From contig JABSRZ010000006.1 of NCBI GenBank assembly GCA_013214705.1, forward strand, positions 391 through 64,390: a stretch of 64,000 bases of DNA, in the 5' to 3' direction. This document shows, one piece after another, positions 1-9,416 of the stretch. This DNA is from Hyphomicrobiales bacterium. Its GTDB lineage: Bacteria > Pseudomonadota > Alphaproteobacteria > Rhizobiales > OSC116. The notes beneath the pieces were generated by a model. That model ran no database searches, was not told the DNA's origin, and saw only the letters and a program-made list of their open reading frames with translations. Made by a program: the position numbers and the translations under genes. Positions within the stretch are counted from its first letter, which is position 1; every line of letters starts with the position of its first letter.

Positions 1-117
1 CGTCCATACGGCGCTTACGCGAACACACCTGTGTTCACGGTCGCCTCCAGCATAACCTGAAGGTCGCCCCTAACGAGACTTCTTACAGTCGTAGGTTCAA
101 ATCCTACCCCAGCGCCC
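1..117 (+). ncRNA. 3' part of a structured tRNA-like/tmRNA-like RNA gene (5' end lies upstream of the window)
   Basis: Canonical T-arm GTAGG-TTCAAAT-CCTAC at 91-107 followed by acceptor-like CCCAGCGCC. Upstream there is a perfect hairpin GAACAC-ACCT-GTGTTC (21-36) and a bulged helix GAAGGTC..GACTTC (60-82). No 7-bp acceptor partner and no 7-nt anticodon loop fit a normal 76-95 nt tRNA inside 1-117, so a longer RNA such as ssrA is more likely. Identity unresolved. Confidence 0.4.
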
Positions 118-155
118 GAGCGAAGCGACAAAGTGACCTCGGAGGGCAACCAAAT
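102..155. repeat. Proximal copy of att-like direct repeat (end of RNA gene plus 34-nt hairpin unit)
   Basis: TCCTACCCC-A-GCGCCCGAGCGAAGCGACAAAGTG.. matches 26731-26774 plus 26809-26818 at 49 of 54 hand-aligned positions, same orientation. Confidence 0.75.
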
Positions 156-467
156 AACATTGTTTTTATTGGTAAATACCGTTTAAATACACTCTACCCA
201 CAAAACTACCCACAAACTGTGTAAGTGCTTAAATTTGGCATTTGCTAATTATGCATTTGCATCAACTCTTCACTTTTTTCCGTACTGCCCTGTTCGTTGT
301 ATGACGAAATGTTTCTTTATCTGGTTACTGGGTGTGTCAACGCCAATTGCGGGACATTAGACATGCTCATAAATTCAAATAATATTGTGTCACCAAAGAG
401 AATGAATTTATGCTCACCCAGCCCATCGCAGAACCTTCCAAAGTGAATATTTAAAGACCCGATGTGT

Positions 468-968
468 CTAGTAAACCAGCGGCACCTCAAGGTTTGCGCT
501 TGCAAACAATACGCCAAATTGCTTGCACCAAATAACCACAGACCCGTAGTCGTTTAAGTTAATGCCCCCGGGCAAAGTATAATTTTGGTTGCCAATATTG
601 CCCCTTAAAATAGCCACTTCTAGGGTTTTGCTGTTTTTAACCGCGGCTGAGTTTTTTGGGTTTTCATCGGCCACTAGCCATACATATAAATCGGGGCCAT
701 TGGTCACTTTAAAGTTTTCAAACAGCATTATAGTTTGGCCATTTATAGTTACAATTTCAACCTTTCCACTGCCTTGATGTGATGAGTCGGCATTTTTAAA
801 TTCGCCCTGTTTCACCAATAATGCCTGTCTGGCTTCAAACGGCCGGACTTCATCGACCACACGGTCAATCCACAGTGGTGAGGCCAAATACCAAAATAAA
901 TTACCTGCAACAAAGCCAACCAATAATATTAGAATTTTTGCAAATATCGATTTCATATATTTCTCCAT
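468..968 (-). CDS. DM13-domain protein with N-terminal membrane anchor
   Basis: N-terminal hydrophobic helix (ILILLVGFVAGNLFWYL), then a DM13-type pattern (GEFKNADSSHQGSGKVEIV .. FKVTNGPDLYVWL). ATG start at 968. Confidence 0.7.
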   Translation of the reverse strand: MEKYMKSIFAKILILLVGFVAGNLFWYLASPLWIDRVVDEVRPFEARQALLVKQGEFKNADSSHQGSGKVEIVTINGQTIMLFENFKVTNGPDLYVWLVADENPKNSAAVKNSKTLEVAILRGNIGNQNYTLPGGINLNDYGSVVIWCKQFGVLFASANLEVPLVY

Positions 969-1070
969 TACGTTTAGTGGAATGTAATATTTTTTATAGA
1001 CTATCTTATCATTAAGTTGACCTAAAGTTAATGATAGAATTTTTGGCTTATTTGAAGGGCATAATAGCGC

Positions 1071-2573
1071 CTAGACTGGAGGACATAAAGCGGTAGAAGT
1101 ATCTTGGGAGGTAGACCCACTTAAAGGGGTTAAATTGGTTAAAATAGTTGGCAAAAATTCGGCCACTGTTGGGTGCACGGGCAGCGCTTGTTGCATATAT
1201 TTATAGCTTGCGCCAGTTGCCATATAATTGGTTATCACCGCAATAATTTCATCACCGCCAATGCCAAATATTGTTGCGCCTAAAAATTGCTCACTGTCTG
1301 CATCTACAATTAGCCTGATAAAACCGGTGGTTTCGCCTTCTTCTCTGGCGCGGCCAATGTCATTCATATCGCGGGTTGAAATTAGGATGTTTTTGCCCTG
1401 AGATGCTGCTTGATGTGCATCCGCTAGCGACATGCCGACACGGCCAAGTGGTGGGTCGGTAAATAATGCATAACTCATAGGGCGTTGATCGGCATCTTGC
1501 CATTGATGCAGCGGTTGAGGACGCAGCTTTTGTGAAAAATCATCCATATGGGCCATTTCTCCCATATGAGCCAAGACAATTTCATGGTCATGATAGCTGG
1601 TATGGGTAAATGCGCCGCGGCGGTTAATATCACCCAATGCCCAAACGCCTTTAACATTGGTTTTTAACTGTTCATCAGTCGGCAAATAGCCAAATTTATC
1701 AGTCTTAAGGCCAATGGCTTCGGTGTTTAATCTATCACTATTGGGCGTTCGGCCAGTTGCGACAAATATATGCGAACCAGAAATTTTGACCCCATTTTCT
1801 AAGGTTAGCGAAACTGTTTTATCATTGTTCTCGGTTTTTAAAGTGGGTTTTTCGGCTTTTGAAATGGGGCTGCCTTTATATATCTTTATGCCTTCAGCTT
1901 CGAAAACATCATTTAATATTTGCGATGTTTTTTCATCTTCGCGGCTGGCAATACGTGCGCCGGCTTCGACAATTGAAACTTTTGCGCCCAAACGGCTAAA
2001 TATCTGCCCCATTTCTAGCCCAATATAGCTACCGCCGATAATGATTAAATGTTCAGGGCATTGCTTTAGCGCCAACAGGCTGACATTATCTAAATATGGA
2101 ATAGATTTTAAACCTTTGATCGGCGGAATAAATGCCCGTGTGCCGGTGTTTATATATACTTGCTCACAAGAATATTCTGCGCCGCCCGCAGCAATGGTAA
2201 AAAGATTATCTTGATGTTTAACAAAGGAACCCCAGCCCTGAATTAACTCGATATTTTCTTGGTCTTCTAGCCAACCTTTAAGCCCTGCTCGGGAATTTTC
2301 AACCAATTCGTGCATACGCTGCATGACTTTTGCAAAATCAACTTTATAGCCATTTATTATGACGCCAAACTTTGCTGCATTTTTTACCTGATGAGCGACT
2401 TTGGCCGATTTTCGTAACGTTTTTGTCGGCGTACAACCGACATTTACGCACGAGCCACCAATTAAATGGCCTTCAATTAAAGCTACTTTTTGGCCTTTAT
2501 TACTCAATGCCGCCGCTAAAGCCGGCCCGGCCTGCCCCGCACCAATTATGATTGCCTTAAAATGCTTTGTCAT
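1071..2573 (-). CDS. Class-I pyridine nucleotide-disulfide oxidoreductase (MerA/Lpd/glutathione-reductase family flavoprotein)
   Basis: FAD Rossmann motif IIIGAGQAGPA, redox-active disulfide GGSCVNVGCTPTK, second dinucleotide motif IIIGGSYIGLE, C-terminal dimerisation-type region. 500 aa. Confidence 0.85.
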   Translation of the reverse strand: MTKHFKAIIIGAGQAGPALAAALSNKGQKVALIEGHLIGGSCVNVGCTPTKTLRKSAKVAHQVKNAAKFGVIINGYKVDFAKVMQRMHELVENSRAGLKGWLEDQENIELIQGWGSFVKHQDNLFTIAAGGAEYSCEQVYINTGTRAFIPPIKGLKSIPYLDNVSLLALKQCPEHLIIIGGSYIGLEMGQIFSRLGAKVSIVEAGARIASREDEKTSQILNDVFEAEGIKIYKGSPISKAEKPTLKTENNDKTVSLTLENGVKISGSHIFVATGRTPNSDRLNTEAIGLKTDKFGYLPTDEQLKTNVKGVWALGDINRRGAFTHTSYHDHEIVLAHMGEMAHMDDFSQKLRPQPLHQWQDADQRPMSYALFTDPPLGRVGMSLADAHQAASQGKNILISTRDMNDIGRAREEGETTGFIRLIVDADSEQFLGATIFGIGGDEIIAVITNYMATGASYKYMQQALPVHPTVAEFLPTILTNLTPLSGSTSQDTSTALCPPV

Positions 2574-2600
2574 ATTATTTCCCGTTCTGGCATGCGGTTT

Positions 2601-3104
2601 TTAGGTTTTAACAAATTGACTGTGTTGCTTTAGTATTTTTTTTAATTTTGGTTCTATATAGCGCGTACAAAATTGGCCTTCTGAATTATTTTGATAGTAA
2701 TTTTCATAATTCTCACCCACTGGTTTAAAGCCAGCATAATTTAAGTTTTCTACAACCAGTTTATCAGTTAACAGGTTGTTTTTACGAGCTAAAATTTCGG
2801 TGACTTCAGCTAATTGCAGCTCATTAAAACTATAAATAGCGCTCTTATACTTGGTTCGCATCGAATGGTTTGAGCTGCTGGAATGGGTTAAAGTATGAAT
2901 GTCGATTAAGGTTTCTAAATCAATTTCAATGGGCGCAAAAGACACTATTACACCCTCAGAAAACTTGAGCGGGTCGTCAATCGATGCAAGCCAACCAGCT
3001 TGCACATTTGCCACGCCAATAAGCGCTTGAAACACAGCCTCCGTGCACCAGTGACAACCGCCGCCTAAACCAACTTTTATAATATTTTTATCCGTTGCAT
3101 TCAA
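2601..3104 (-). CDS. MsrA-like peptide-methionine sulfoxide reductase paralogue with CxxC-type active site
   Basis: GLGGGCHWCTEAVF resembles the GCFWC-type MsrA motif. TTG start at 3104 (no in-frame ATG nearby). Lies 27 nt upstream of the flavoprotein gene on the same strand. Confidence 0.55.
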   Translation of the reverse strand: MNATDKNIIKVGLGGGCHWCTEAVFQALIGVANVQAGWLASIDDPLKFSEGVIVSFAPIEIDLETLIDIHTLTHSSSSNHSMRTKYKSAIYSFNELQLAEVTEILARKNNLLTDKLVVENLNYAGFKPVGENYENYYQNNSEGQFCTRYIEPKLKKILKQHSQFVKT

Positions 3105-3245
3105 AATCTATATCTAACCAAAATGTCCAAGCAATTTGTAAAGGATACCCAAGTATGCGCGGTGAGCTAGTGTTATGTCTAGTTTAATCACAAGTTCACT
3201 GCTAGGCTAGTTCAAAAAACCAGACATATTGAACACTCAAATCAA

Positions 3246-4460
3246 TTGGACATCATGGCTTATTTATTACCCTTAATAATATTATTAGCAGCTTTTTGTT
3301 TTTCTATAATTTCAAAAAAAATAGAGGCTTCCTATTTAACCCTGCCGATGTTTTTTACTGCGCTGGGTTTTAGCATTCAATTTTTTGTGCCCGACATTGC
3401 CCATGCTTATGCGAATAACGAATATATTCTTTTATTGGCCGAATTGACGCTCATATTGGTGCTGTTTTCAGATGCGGCTCGGGTTAACATTAGCATATTA
3501 AAACAAAACATCTTCATCCCCACGCGCATGCTGTTAATTGGTATGCCGCTGACCATTTTACTTGGTACGTTTTTCGCCTATTTGGTAAGCCCAAATGAGC
3601 CATGGCCATTGGCCTTGTTATTGGCAGCCATGTTAGCCCCAACCGATGCCGCTTTAGGCCAAAGCCTCATTAACAATAATAATGTACCTGAAAGCCTGCG
3701 GGTTACGGCAAATGTCGAAAGCGGTTTAAACGACGGCTTTGCCGTGCCGGTTGTGACCGTTGCGGCTATTTTAACAGCCCAAGCTTACGGCACCATGCAT
3801 ATGGAAGATGACAACCTAGTTGCCTTCACGCTAAAACAAATTTTCTTAGCGCCAGTTGCCGGTGTGTTCATTGGCGCCATTGGTGGTAAAATTTTGCTAA
3901 AAGCCAAATCTTCTGGCTTAATTGCAACACCGCATAAAGCTTTGGTGTTTTTGTGCCTTGCCTTAGGCGCTTATTTTTTCGCTAGCCTCATCGGCGGCAA
4001 TGGGTTCATAGCGGCTTTTGTAGCCGGCTTGGCCTTTGGCTATGTTTCAAAAAAGCATGACCGCGATGTTTATACGTTTATGGAATCTCAAGGCCAACTT
4101 TTAACCATTGTCAGCTTTATGACTTTTGGAGCAATATTGCTGCCAATAGGCCTTGCCCATGCCACCATGAACACATTTTTATTAGCCATAGCCTTTTTAA
4201 CCATTGTGCGTATTTTGCCCATCTGGATATCACTAATAGGCACTAAATTACCATTTTCACATAAACTAACTTTGGGTTGGTTTGGCCCGCGCGGCTTGGC
4301 GTCGATTTTATTTTCCATCATCATTTTAGAGCATTATGACATTCCGCATGTCGATGAATTGTTAGCCTGCATCGTGTTAACCGTTGTCATGAGCATTATT
4401 TTGCACGGTTTAAGCGCCAAACCTATTGTCGATATGTTTAAGCGCAGCAAAAATAAATAG
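3246..4460 (+). CDS. Na+/H+ (cation/proton) exchanger, CPA1/NhaP-like
   Basis: Polytopic membrane protein with LAPTDAALG and ESGLNDGFAVP motifs typical of CPA1 exchangers. TTG at 3246 or ATG at 3255 as start. Confidence 0.85.
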   Translation: MDIMAYLLPLIILLAAFCFSIISKKIEASYLTLPMFFTALGFSIQFFVPDIAHAYANNEYILLLAELTLILVLFSDAARVNISILKQNIFIPTRMLLIGMPLTILLGTFFAYLVSPNEPWPLALLLAAMLAPTDAALGQSLINNNNVPESLRVTANVESGLNDGFAVPVVTVAAILTAQAYGTMHMEDDNLVAFTLKQIFLAPVAGVFIGAIGGKILLKAKSSGLIATPHKALVFLCLALGAYFFASLIGGNGFIAAFVAGLAFGYVSKKHDRDVYTFMESQGQLLTIVSFMTFGAILLPIGLAHATMNTFLLAIAFLTIVRILPIWISLIGTKLPFSHKLTLGWFGPRGLASILFSIIILEHYDIPHVDELLACIVLTVVMSIILHGLSAKPIVDMFKRSKNK

Positions 4461-4485
4461 CTCAGCTTTGGTGTTAATAGATTGC

Positions 4486-4986
4486 CTAACTTGGCAACAC
4501 CCAATCAGCCCGCGGGAAATGACAGGTATAACCGTCAGGTCTATCTTCCAAATAATCCTGATGCGCCGCTTCTGCTTGCCAGAAATCGCTAACTTCTGCA
4601 ACTTCAGTGACCACTTTGCCCGGCCAAAGGTCGGTTGCATTTACATCGTCAATTGTGCGCAAAGCTTCTAGGCGTTGCGCCTCTGAAGTGTAAAAAATCG
4701 CCGATCGGTAGGATGTACCGGTGTCATTACCTTGGCGGTTATCGGTTGACGGGTCATGAATTTGAAAGAAATATTCTAATATTTTTCGAAAACTGGTGAT
4801 CGCTGGATCAAACAATATTTCTATCGCCTCGGCGTGGGTGCCATGGTTACCATAAGTGGCGTTAGGCACATCACCGCCAGAATAACCTACCCTTGTGTTT
4901 GCCACGCCCGTTTGCTTGCGAATTAAATCCTGCATACCCCAAAAGCAACCCCCAGCAAGCACAGCACGTTCTAATTTATCAGTCAT
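4486..4986 (-). CDS. msrA: Peptide-methionine (S)-S-oxide reductase
   Basis: Classic GGCFWGMQD active-site motif near the N-terminus. 166 aa. Confidence 0.9.
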   Translation of the reverse strand: MTDKLERAVLAGGCFWGMQDLIRKQTGVANTRVGYSGGDVPNATYGNHGTHAEAIEILFDPAITSFRKILEYFFQIHDPSTDNRQGNDTGTSYRSAIFYTSEAQRLEALRTIDDVNATDLWPGKVVTEVAEVSDFWQAEAAHQDYLEDRPDGYTCHFPRADWVLPS

Positions 4987-5432
4987 CTTACACTCCCAAC
5001 TATGAATCGAATAAGTCTACTAATTCTGCATATCATGCTTTTTGCATTTGCTCCAAAGCATAATTTTTAACGATGCCGAATTAATGCCATATCGCACGCA
5101 AGAATATACCTTCAGCCATCATAAAACACCTACCTGAAGTGGTTATCTTGGTGTTTAGAACCGATCTAAAACAGCTAAATTTCCAATTCTTACCAAACAC
5201 TTGGCCCAACACTAATTGCACTTTTTAGGGAAGTGGGCTTGAATTCAACTTACAAAATTGGCAAACATCAACCCTAGTTTTGACTCTCAACCACTTGAAT
5301 ACATTAGAATAATTCTCAATTATAGATGTGGATTACTTTGGCAAATGCCGGCTGTGCAATTGACAAGCATTCTTAACTGAAATAATTTCGGGCGACTTTT
5401 TACTTTTATCAAAAACCAATTCGAAAGACATT

Positions 5433-6347
5433 ATGAAAAACCTATTGCTTAAATCTAGCCTTGCTGCCCTGGTGGCGTTAACAGCCTCCCAAGTTACCCC
5501 AACTTTTGCCGAACAAATCACAATCTTGACCGCAAAAGGTGAAATTACGTTGCAGGAAATTCCTCAAAAGATAGCCGCATTAGACGTGGCTGTTATTGAT
5601 AATTTGGACGCATTGGGTATTAGACCTGTTGGTGTATTAAATGGCCTTTATGTCGATTATTTAAACCATGTCGAAAATAGTGACGCAAAAAAAATTGGCA
5701 CCTTTTTTGAACCTGATTTTGAAACCATTAACTCACTGGAAGCTGATTTGGTTATTGTTGCAACCCGTAGTGCGAAATATTTGGGTCAGTTAAACGAGTT
5801 TGTGCCAGCGATAGACCTAACCAGTGAATGGGAGAATTTTCTACGATCTAGCATTGGTGCATTTGAACAAACAGCAAAACTAGTTGGCAAGTCGGAGCTA
5901 GGCGCAAAACTTGTAACTAAACTGCAATCTTCTGTGGTTGATCTACGTGCACAAGTCAAAGACAAAGGCACTGCCCTTATAATCATGACTAACGGCCCAA
6001 AAATATCTGCTTTCGGCCCTGGCTCTCGGTTTGGTTGGGTGCATGATGATTTAGGCATAACCGCTGCCATTCAAAACGTCGAAGCCGTAACGCACGGTGA
6101 TGCAATAACCCATGAATTTGTATTAAATGCCAACCCCGATTGGCTGATTGTTGTCGATAGAAGCGCAGCCATTGGGCGCGAAGGTAGCGCCGCTGCGACC
6201 CTCGACAATGAGTTGATTGCCAAAACCACTGCGTGGCAAAAAGGCCAAGTTATTTACGTGAACTCAGCCACTTGGTACATTAGCGGAAATGGCATTCAAG
6301 CCATGCAAGCCACCGTTGATGAATTATCTGCCGCTTTTAACAAATAA
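5433..6347 (+). CDS. Periplasmic substrate-binding protein of an iron-siderophore type ABC importer
   Basis: Signal peptide (SLAALVALTASQVTPTFA), size and pattern of Fe-siderophore/B12-type binding proteins. First gene of a binding protein-permease-permease-ATPase operon. Confidence 0.75.
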   Translation: MKNLLLKSSLAALVALTASQVTPTFAEQITILTAKGEITLQEIPQKIAALDVAVIDNLDALGIRPVGVLNGLYVDYLNHVENSDAKKIGTFFEPDFETINSLEADLVIVATRSAKYLGQLNEFVPAIDLTSEWENFLRSSIGAFEQTAKLVGKSELGAKLVTKLQSSVVDLRAQVKDKGTALIIMTNGPKISAFGPGSRFGWVHDDLGITAAIQNVEAVTHGDAITHEFVLNANPDWLIVVDRSAAIGREGSAAATLDNELIAKTTAWQKGQVIYVNSATWYISGNGIQAMQATVDELSAAFNK

Positions 6348-6358
6348 ATTAGTAAAGA

Positions 6359-6383
6359 ACGGCGGCAATGACATTGCTGCCGT
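6359..6383 (+). terminator. Intra-operon stem-loop after the binding-protein gene (attenuator/mRNA stabiliser)
   Basis: ACGGCGGCAA-TGACA-TTGCTGCCGT gives a 10-bp stem with one G.U. Located 12 nt after the stop codon, with no long U-tract. Confidence 0.4.
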
Positions 6384-6396
6384 TTAGCCACCCTCT

Positions 6397-7353
6397 ATGC
6401 TTTTAAAATATACATTAGCTTTAATTTCAATATTAATTCTATTCACCACCAGCCTGTTTGTGGGTGTGGGCGAGTTGAATATTAGCGGCTACTTAAATGG
6501 CAGCCATGAACAAGAATTAATAATGCTAGCTAGCCGCTTGCCACGTAGTTTCGCCGTTGTCCTAACGGGCTCAGCACTGGCTATTGTCGGCGTTATTATG
6601 CAAAAAGTTGCGCACAATAAATTTGTTGAACCAACCACGGCCGGCACTATGGACAGCGCCGCGTTGGGTATTTTGGTGGCATCGATTTTAATGCCCCAGT
6701 CGAGCCTTATGGCCAAAATGTTGGTGGCGACTGGTTTTTCATTGGTTGGCTCGTGGGTGTTTTTAAGAATTCTCAAACATTTACCAATAACAAACCCGCT
6801 TTTGGTGCCACTGGTGGGCATTATGTTAGGCGGCGTTATTGGCTCGGTCGCTGGCTTTATAGCTTATGAGGCGGATTTAATTCAATATTTGTCAATATGG
6901 ATAAGTGGTGATTTTTCTGGCATTTTAAGAGGGCGATATGAAATGCTTTGGCTTACCTTTGGCTTGTCAATTGGCGCATATCTTATAGCAGATCAACTCA
7001 CAATAATTGGAATGGGTAAAAACATCTCATTAAATTTGGGGTTGAATTATCGGGCCATCACAAGTTTGGGGTTGATAATTGTGTCTATGGTTACGGCAAT
7101 TATTGTTGCCACAGTCGGTATGATTCCGTTTATCGGGCTGATAATTCCGAACTTGGTGAACCGGTTTGTTGGTGATGATTTGCGCCAAGCTTTGCCGATT
7201 ATTGCCTATGTAGGCGGGTGTTTAACCTTGCTGTGCGACATTGCCGGCAGGTTGATTATTTTCCCTTATGAGGTGCCGGTTTCCACAATTGTTGGTGTCA
7301 CCGGTTCATTGGCCTTTATATTCCTGCTGCTCAAAAGGGATACAAATGTTTAA
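6397..7353 (+). CDS. FecCD-family ABC permease (siderophore importer)
   Basis: About 9-10 TM helices with FecCD-type pattern (GSALAIVGVIMQ .. GMIPFIGLIIPN). Confidence 0.85.
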   Translation: MLLKYTLALISILILFTTSLFVGVGELNISGYLNGSHEQELIMLASRLPRSFAVVLTGSALAIVGVIMQKVAHNKFVEPTTAGTMDSAALGILVASILMPQSSLMAKMLVATGFSLVGSWVFLRILKHLPITNPLLVPLVGIMLGGVIGSVAGFIAYEADLIQYLSIWISGDFSGILRGRYEMLWLTFGLSIGAYLIADQLTIIGMGKNISLNLGLNYRAITSLGLIIVSMVTAIIVATVGMIPFIGLIIPNLVNRFVGDDLRQALPIIAYVGGCLTLLCDIAGRLIIFPYEVPVSTIVGVTGSLAFIFLLLKRDTNV

Positions 7354-8299
7354 ATCTGATAGAAATACTCTGATATCCCTAGGCCTATTGTCAATTACAT
7401 TTATCATCTTGTTTTTAACCTATAATGTGGGTGGCAGTTGGAGCTTTGCGCTGGCATTTAGGGGCAAAAAATTAGTTGTTTTGGTGCTCATTGCCATCGC
7501 TATTGCCACATCAACCATTCTATTTCATACCGCTACCCAAAACCGAATTATCACCCCCTCTATTATGGGTTTTGACGCATTATTCATATTCATCCAGACG
7601 GTGTTGTTGTTTTTTATGGGGGCAATCCAATTTATTAGCTTCGAAGGTATTGCTAAATTTTTGGTCGAAATGGGCGTTATGGTGTCGGTATTCTTAGCGA
7701 TGTTTTATTGGCTATTTTTAAGAGGGAACCGCTCGGTATATCTGTTGGCACTAACCGGCATTATATTGGGGATTTTTTTTCGCAGCCTGGTCAATTTCAT
7801 TTTCAGAATACTCGACCCCAATAGCTTTGCTGTTTTGCAAAGTGAGTTATTCTCATCATTTAACGCAGTCGAAACCAATCTAATCTTCATAGCCGCCCCA
7901 ATGATAATTGCGTGCCTGTTTTTTGTGTATTTGCTGCGCTATAAATTAGAAATTATCGCTCTGGGCAAAAACACAGCTGTTGCATTAGGGGTGAATTATC
8001 GCGCCACGGTTTTTGCCATGTTGGCCATCATCGCCATATTGGTGGCTGTTTCAACCGCATTGGTTGGGCCAATTACATTTTTTGGGCTTTTGGTATCGCA
8101 TTTGGCGTATCAAATAACCAAACATCAAAACCATTTGAATCTTATAATTATATCTAGTTTAATTGCCATATGCACATTGGTTGGCGGCCAGTTTATTTTC
8201 GAAAAACTATTAAATATGCAGGCCACGTTAAGCATTGTCATCGAATGTATTGGTGGCATTACCTTCCTATTGATATTGATGCGGGCTCATAAAAAATGA
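7346..8299 (+). CDS. FecCD-family ABC permease, second subunit
   Basis: Polytopic FecCD-like protein. ATG at 7346 overlaps the upstream stop by 8 nt; the ORF-track start 7268 is an in-frame read-through of the upstream gene end. Confidence 0.85.
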   Translation: MFKSDRNTLISLGLLSITFIILFLTYNVGGSWSFALAFRGKKLVVLVLIAIAIATSTILFHTATQNRIITPSIMGFDALFIFIQTVLLFFMGAIQFISFEGIAKFLVEMGVMVSVFLAMFYWLFLRGNRSVYLLALTGIILGIFFRSLVNFIFRILDPNSFAVLQSELFSSFNAVETNLIFIAAPMIIACLFFVYLLRYKLEIIALGKNTAVALGVNYRATVFAMLAIIAILVAVSTALVGPITFFGLLVSHLAYQITKHQNHLNLIIISSLIAICTLVGGQFIFEKLLNMQATLSIVIECIGGITFLLILMRAHKK

Positions 8300-9054
8300 T
8301 TGAAATTAAAAACCTATCAAAATCTTTAGGTAATAAACAGGTTTTAAAAGACATAGCTTTTAATTTGCCAAAAGGTGGCATCAGCTCGATCATCGGGCCA
8401 AATGGCGCGGGCAAGTCGACATTGCTTTGCCTAATGGCACGTTTGTTATCTCTCGATAGTGGCAGCGTGGCATTTGATGGCCTAGACATAGCTAAAACGC
8501 GAGATGATACGCTGGCAAAAAAAATTAGCATTCTTACGCAAAGCAACGCCATTAGCAGCCGTTTAAGCGTTGAGCAATTGGTTATGTTTGGCCGTTTTCC
8601 TCACCATAGGGGTAGACCAAGGTTGGCCGATGAAGAATTTGTAACCATTATGTTAGAATTAATGGAGTTAACAGACATACGTTTTGATTTCATAGATGAA
8701 TTGTCGGGTGGCCAACAACAACGCGCCTTTATTGCCATGATATTAGCCCAAGACACAGATTATATTTTGCTAGACGAACCGCTGAATAATTTGGATATGA
8801 AACACGCTCGTAACATTATGAAGACACTAAAAGATGTTGCAGATAACATGAATAAAACCATTATACTTGTTATCCATGACATAAATTTTGCCGCGCATTA
8901 TAGTGATTATTTCATTGGGCTGAAACAAGGTGAAATTATCGTTCGAGGTGATGTCGATACGGTATTAACCCAGAGCCAAATAAAATTGATTTACGACATC
9001 GACGTATCAATTAACATTATAAACAACAAGAAACATATATTCTATTATAGTTAA
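8296..9054 (+). CDS. ABC importer ATPase (iron-siderophore type)
   Basis: Walker A GPNGAGKST, signature LSGGQQQR, Walker B ILLDEP. ATGA overlap with the upstream permease. Confidence 0.9.
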   Translation: MIEIKNLSKSLGNKQVLKDIAFNLPKGGISSIIGPNGAGKSTLLCLMARLLSLDSGSVAFDGLDIAKTRDDTLAKKISILTQSNAISSRLSVEQLVMFGRFPHHRGRPRLADEEFVTIMLELMELTDIRFDFIDELSGGQQQRAFIAMILAQDTDYILLDEPLNNLDMKHARNIMKTLKDVADNMNKTIILVIHDINFAAHYSDYFIGLKQGEIIVRGDVDTVLTQSQIKLIYDIDVSINIINNKKHIFYYS

Positions 9055-9089
9055 ACCCGTCCACCCATCCAGACCATCAGGAGATTTCA

Positions 9090-9395
9090 ATGTACAAAAC
9101 TCACACAAGTATCAAAACCAAATCAGCACACAAATATGTAGCACAATTATGCAAACATTTTGCCCACAAAGTAGAAACTTCTTTTACCTTAGATAATGAG
9201 GCAAAAACGGCAGAGGGCTTAACTGTTTTCCCAATGGGCAAAGTTGTTTTCACGGCAAAAAACGACATATTAACAGTGGAGGCAGAAGTTGAGAATTTAG
9301 AAGCCTGTAAAGCTCTACACAATGTTTTTGATTCACATATCGAAAAATTTGCTTTTAGAGAAACGCTTAATTATAAATGGGAAATTGATGGCTAA
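9090..9395 (+). CDS. DUF2218-family protein (commonly linked to siderophore uptake loci)
   Basis: YVAQLCKHFAHKVE .. HIEKFAFRETLNYKW matches the family pattern I recall. 101 aa. Confidence 0.75.
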   Translation: MYKTHTSIKTKSAHKYVAQLCKHFAHKVETSFTLDNEAKTAEGLTVFPMGKVVFTAKNDILTVEAEVENLEACKALHNVFDSHIEKFAFRETLNYKWEIDG

Positions 9396-9416
9396 ACAAA
9401 AGAAAAACAACAGATA

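Noticed and set aside
317-517. 66-aa ORF overlapping the 3' end of the DM13 gene.
   Set aside because: It overlaps a supported gene on the same strand in another frame, and has no motif or RBS.
5309-5323. Fur box upstream of the siderophore ABC operon (ATAAT-TCTCA-ATTAT).
   Set aside because: The palindrome is real, but its spacing (5-5-5) does not match the 7-1-7/19-bp Fur consensus, and only about half of the positions fit when I align it. This is too weak to call.
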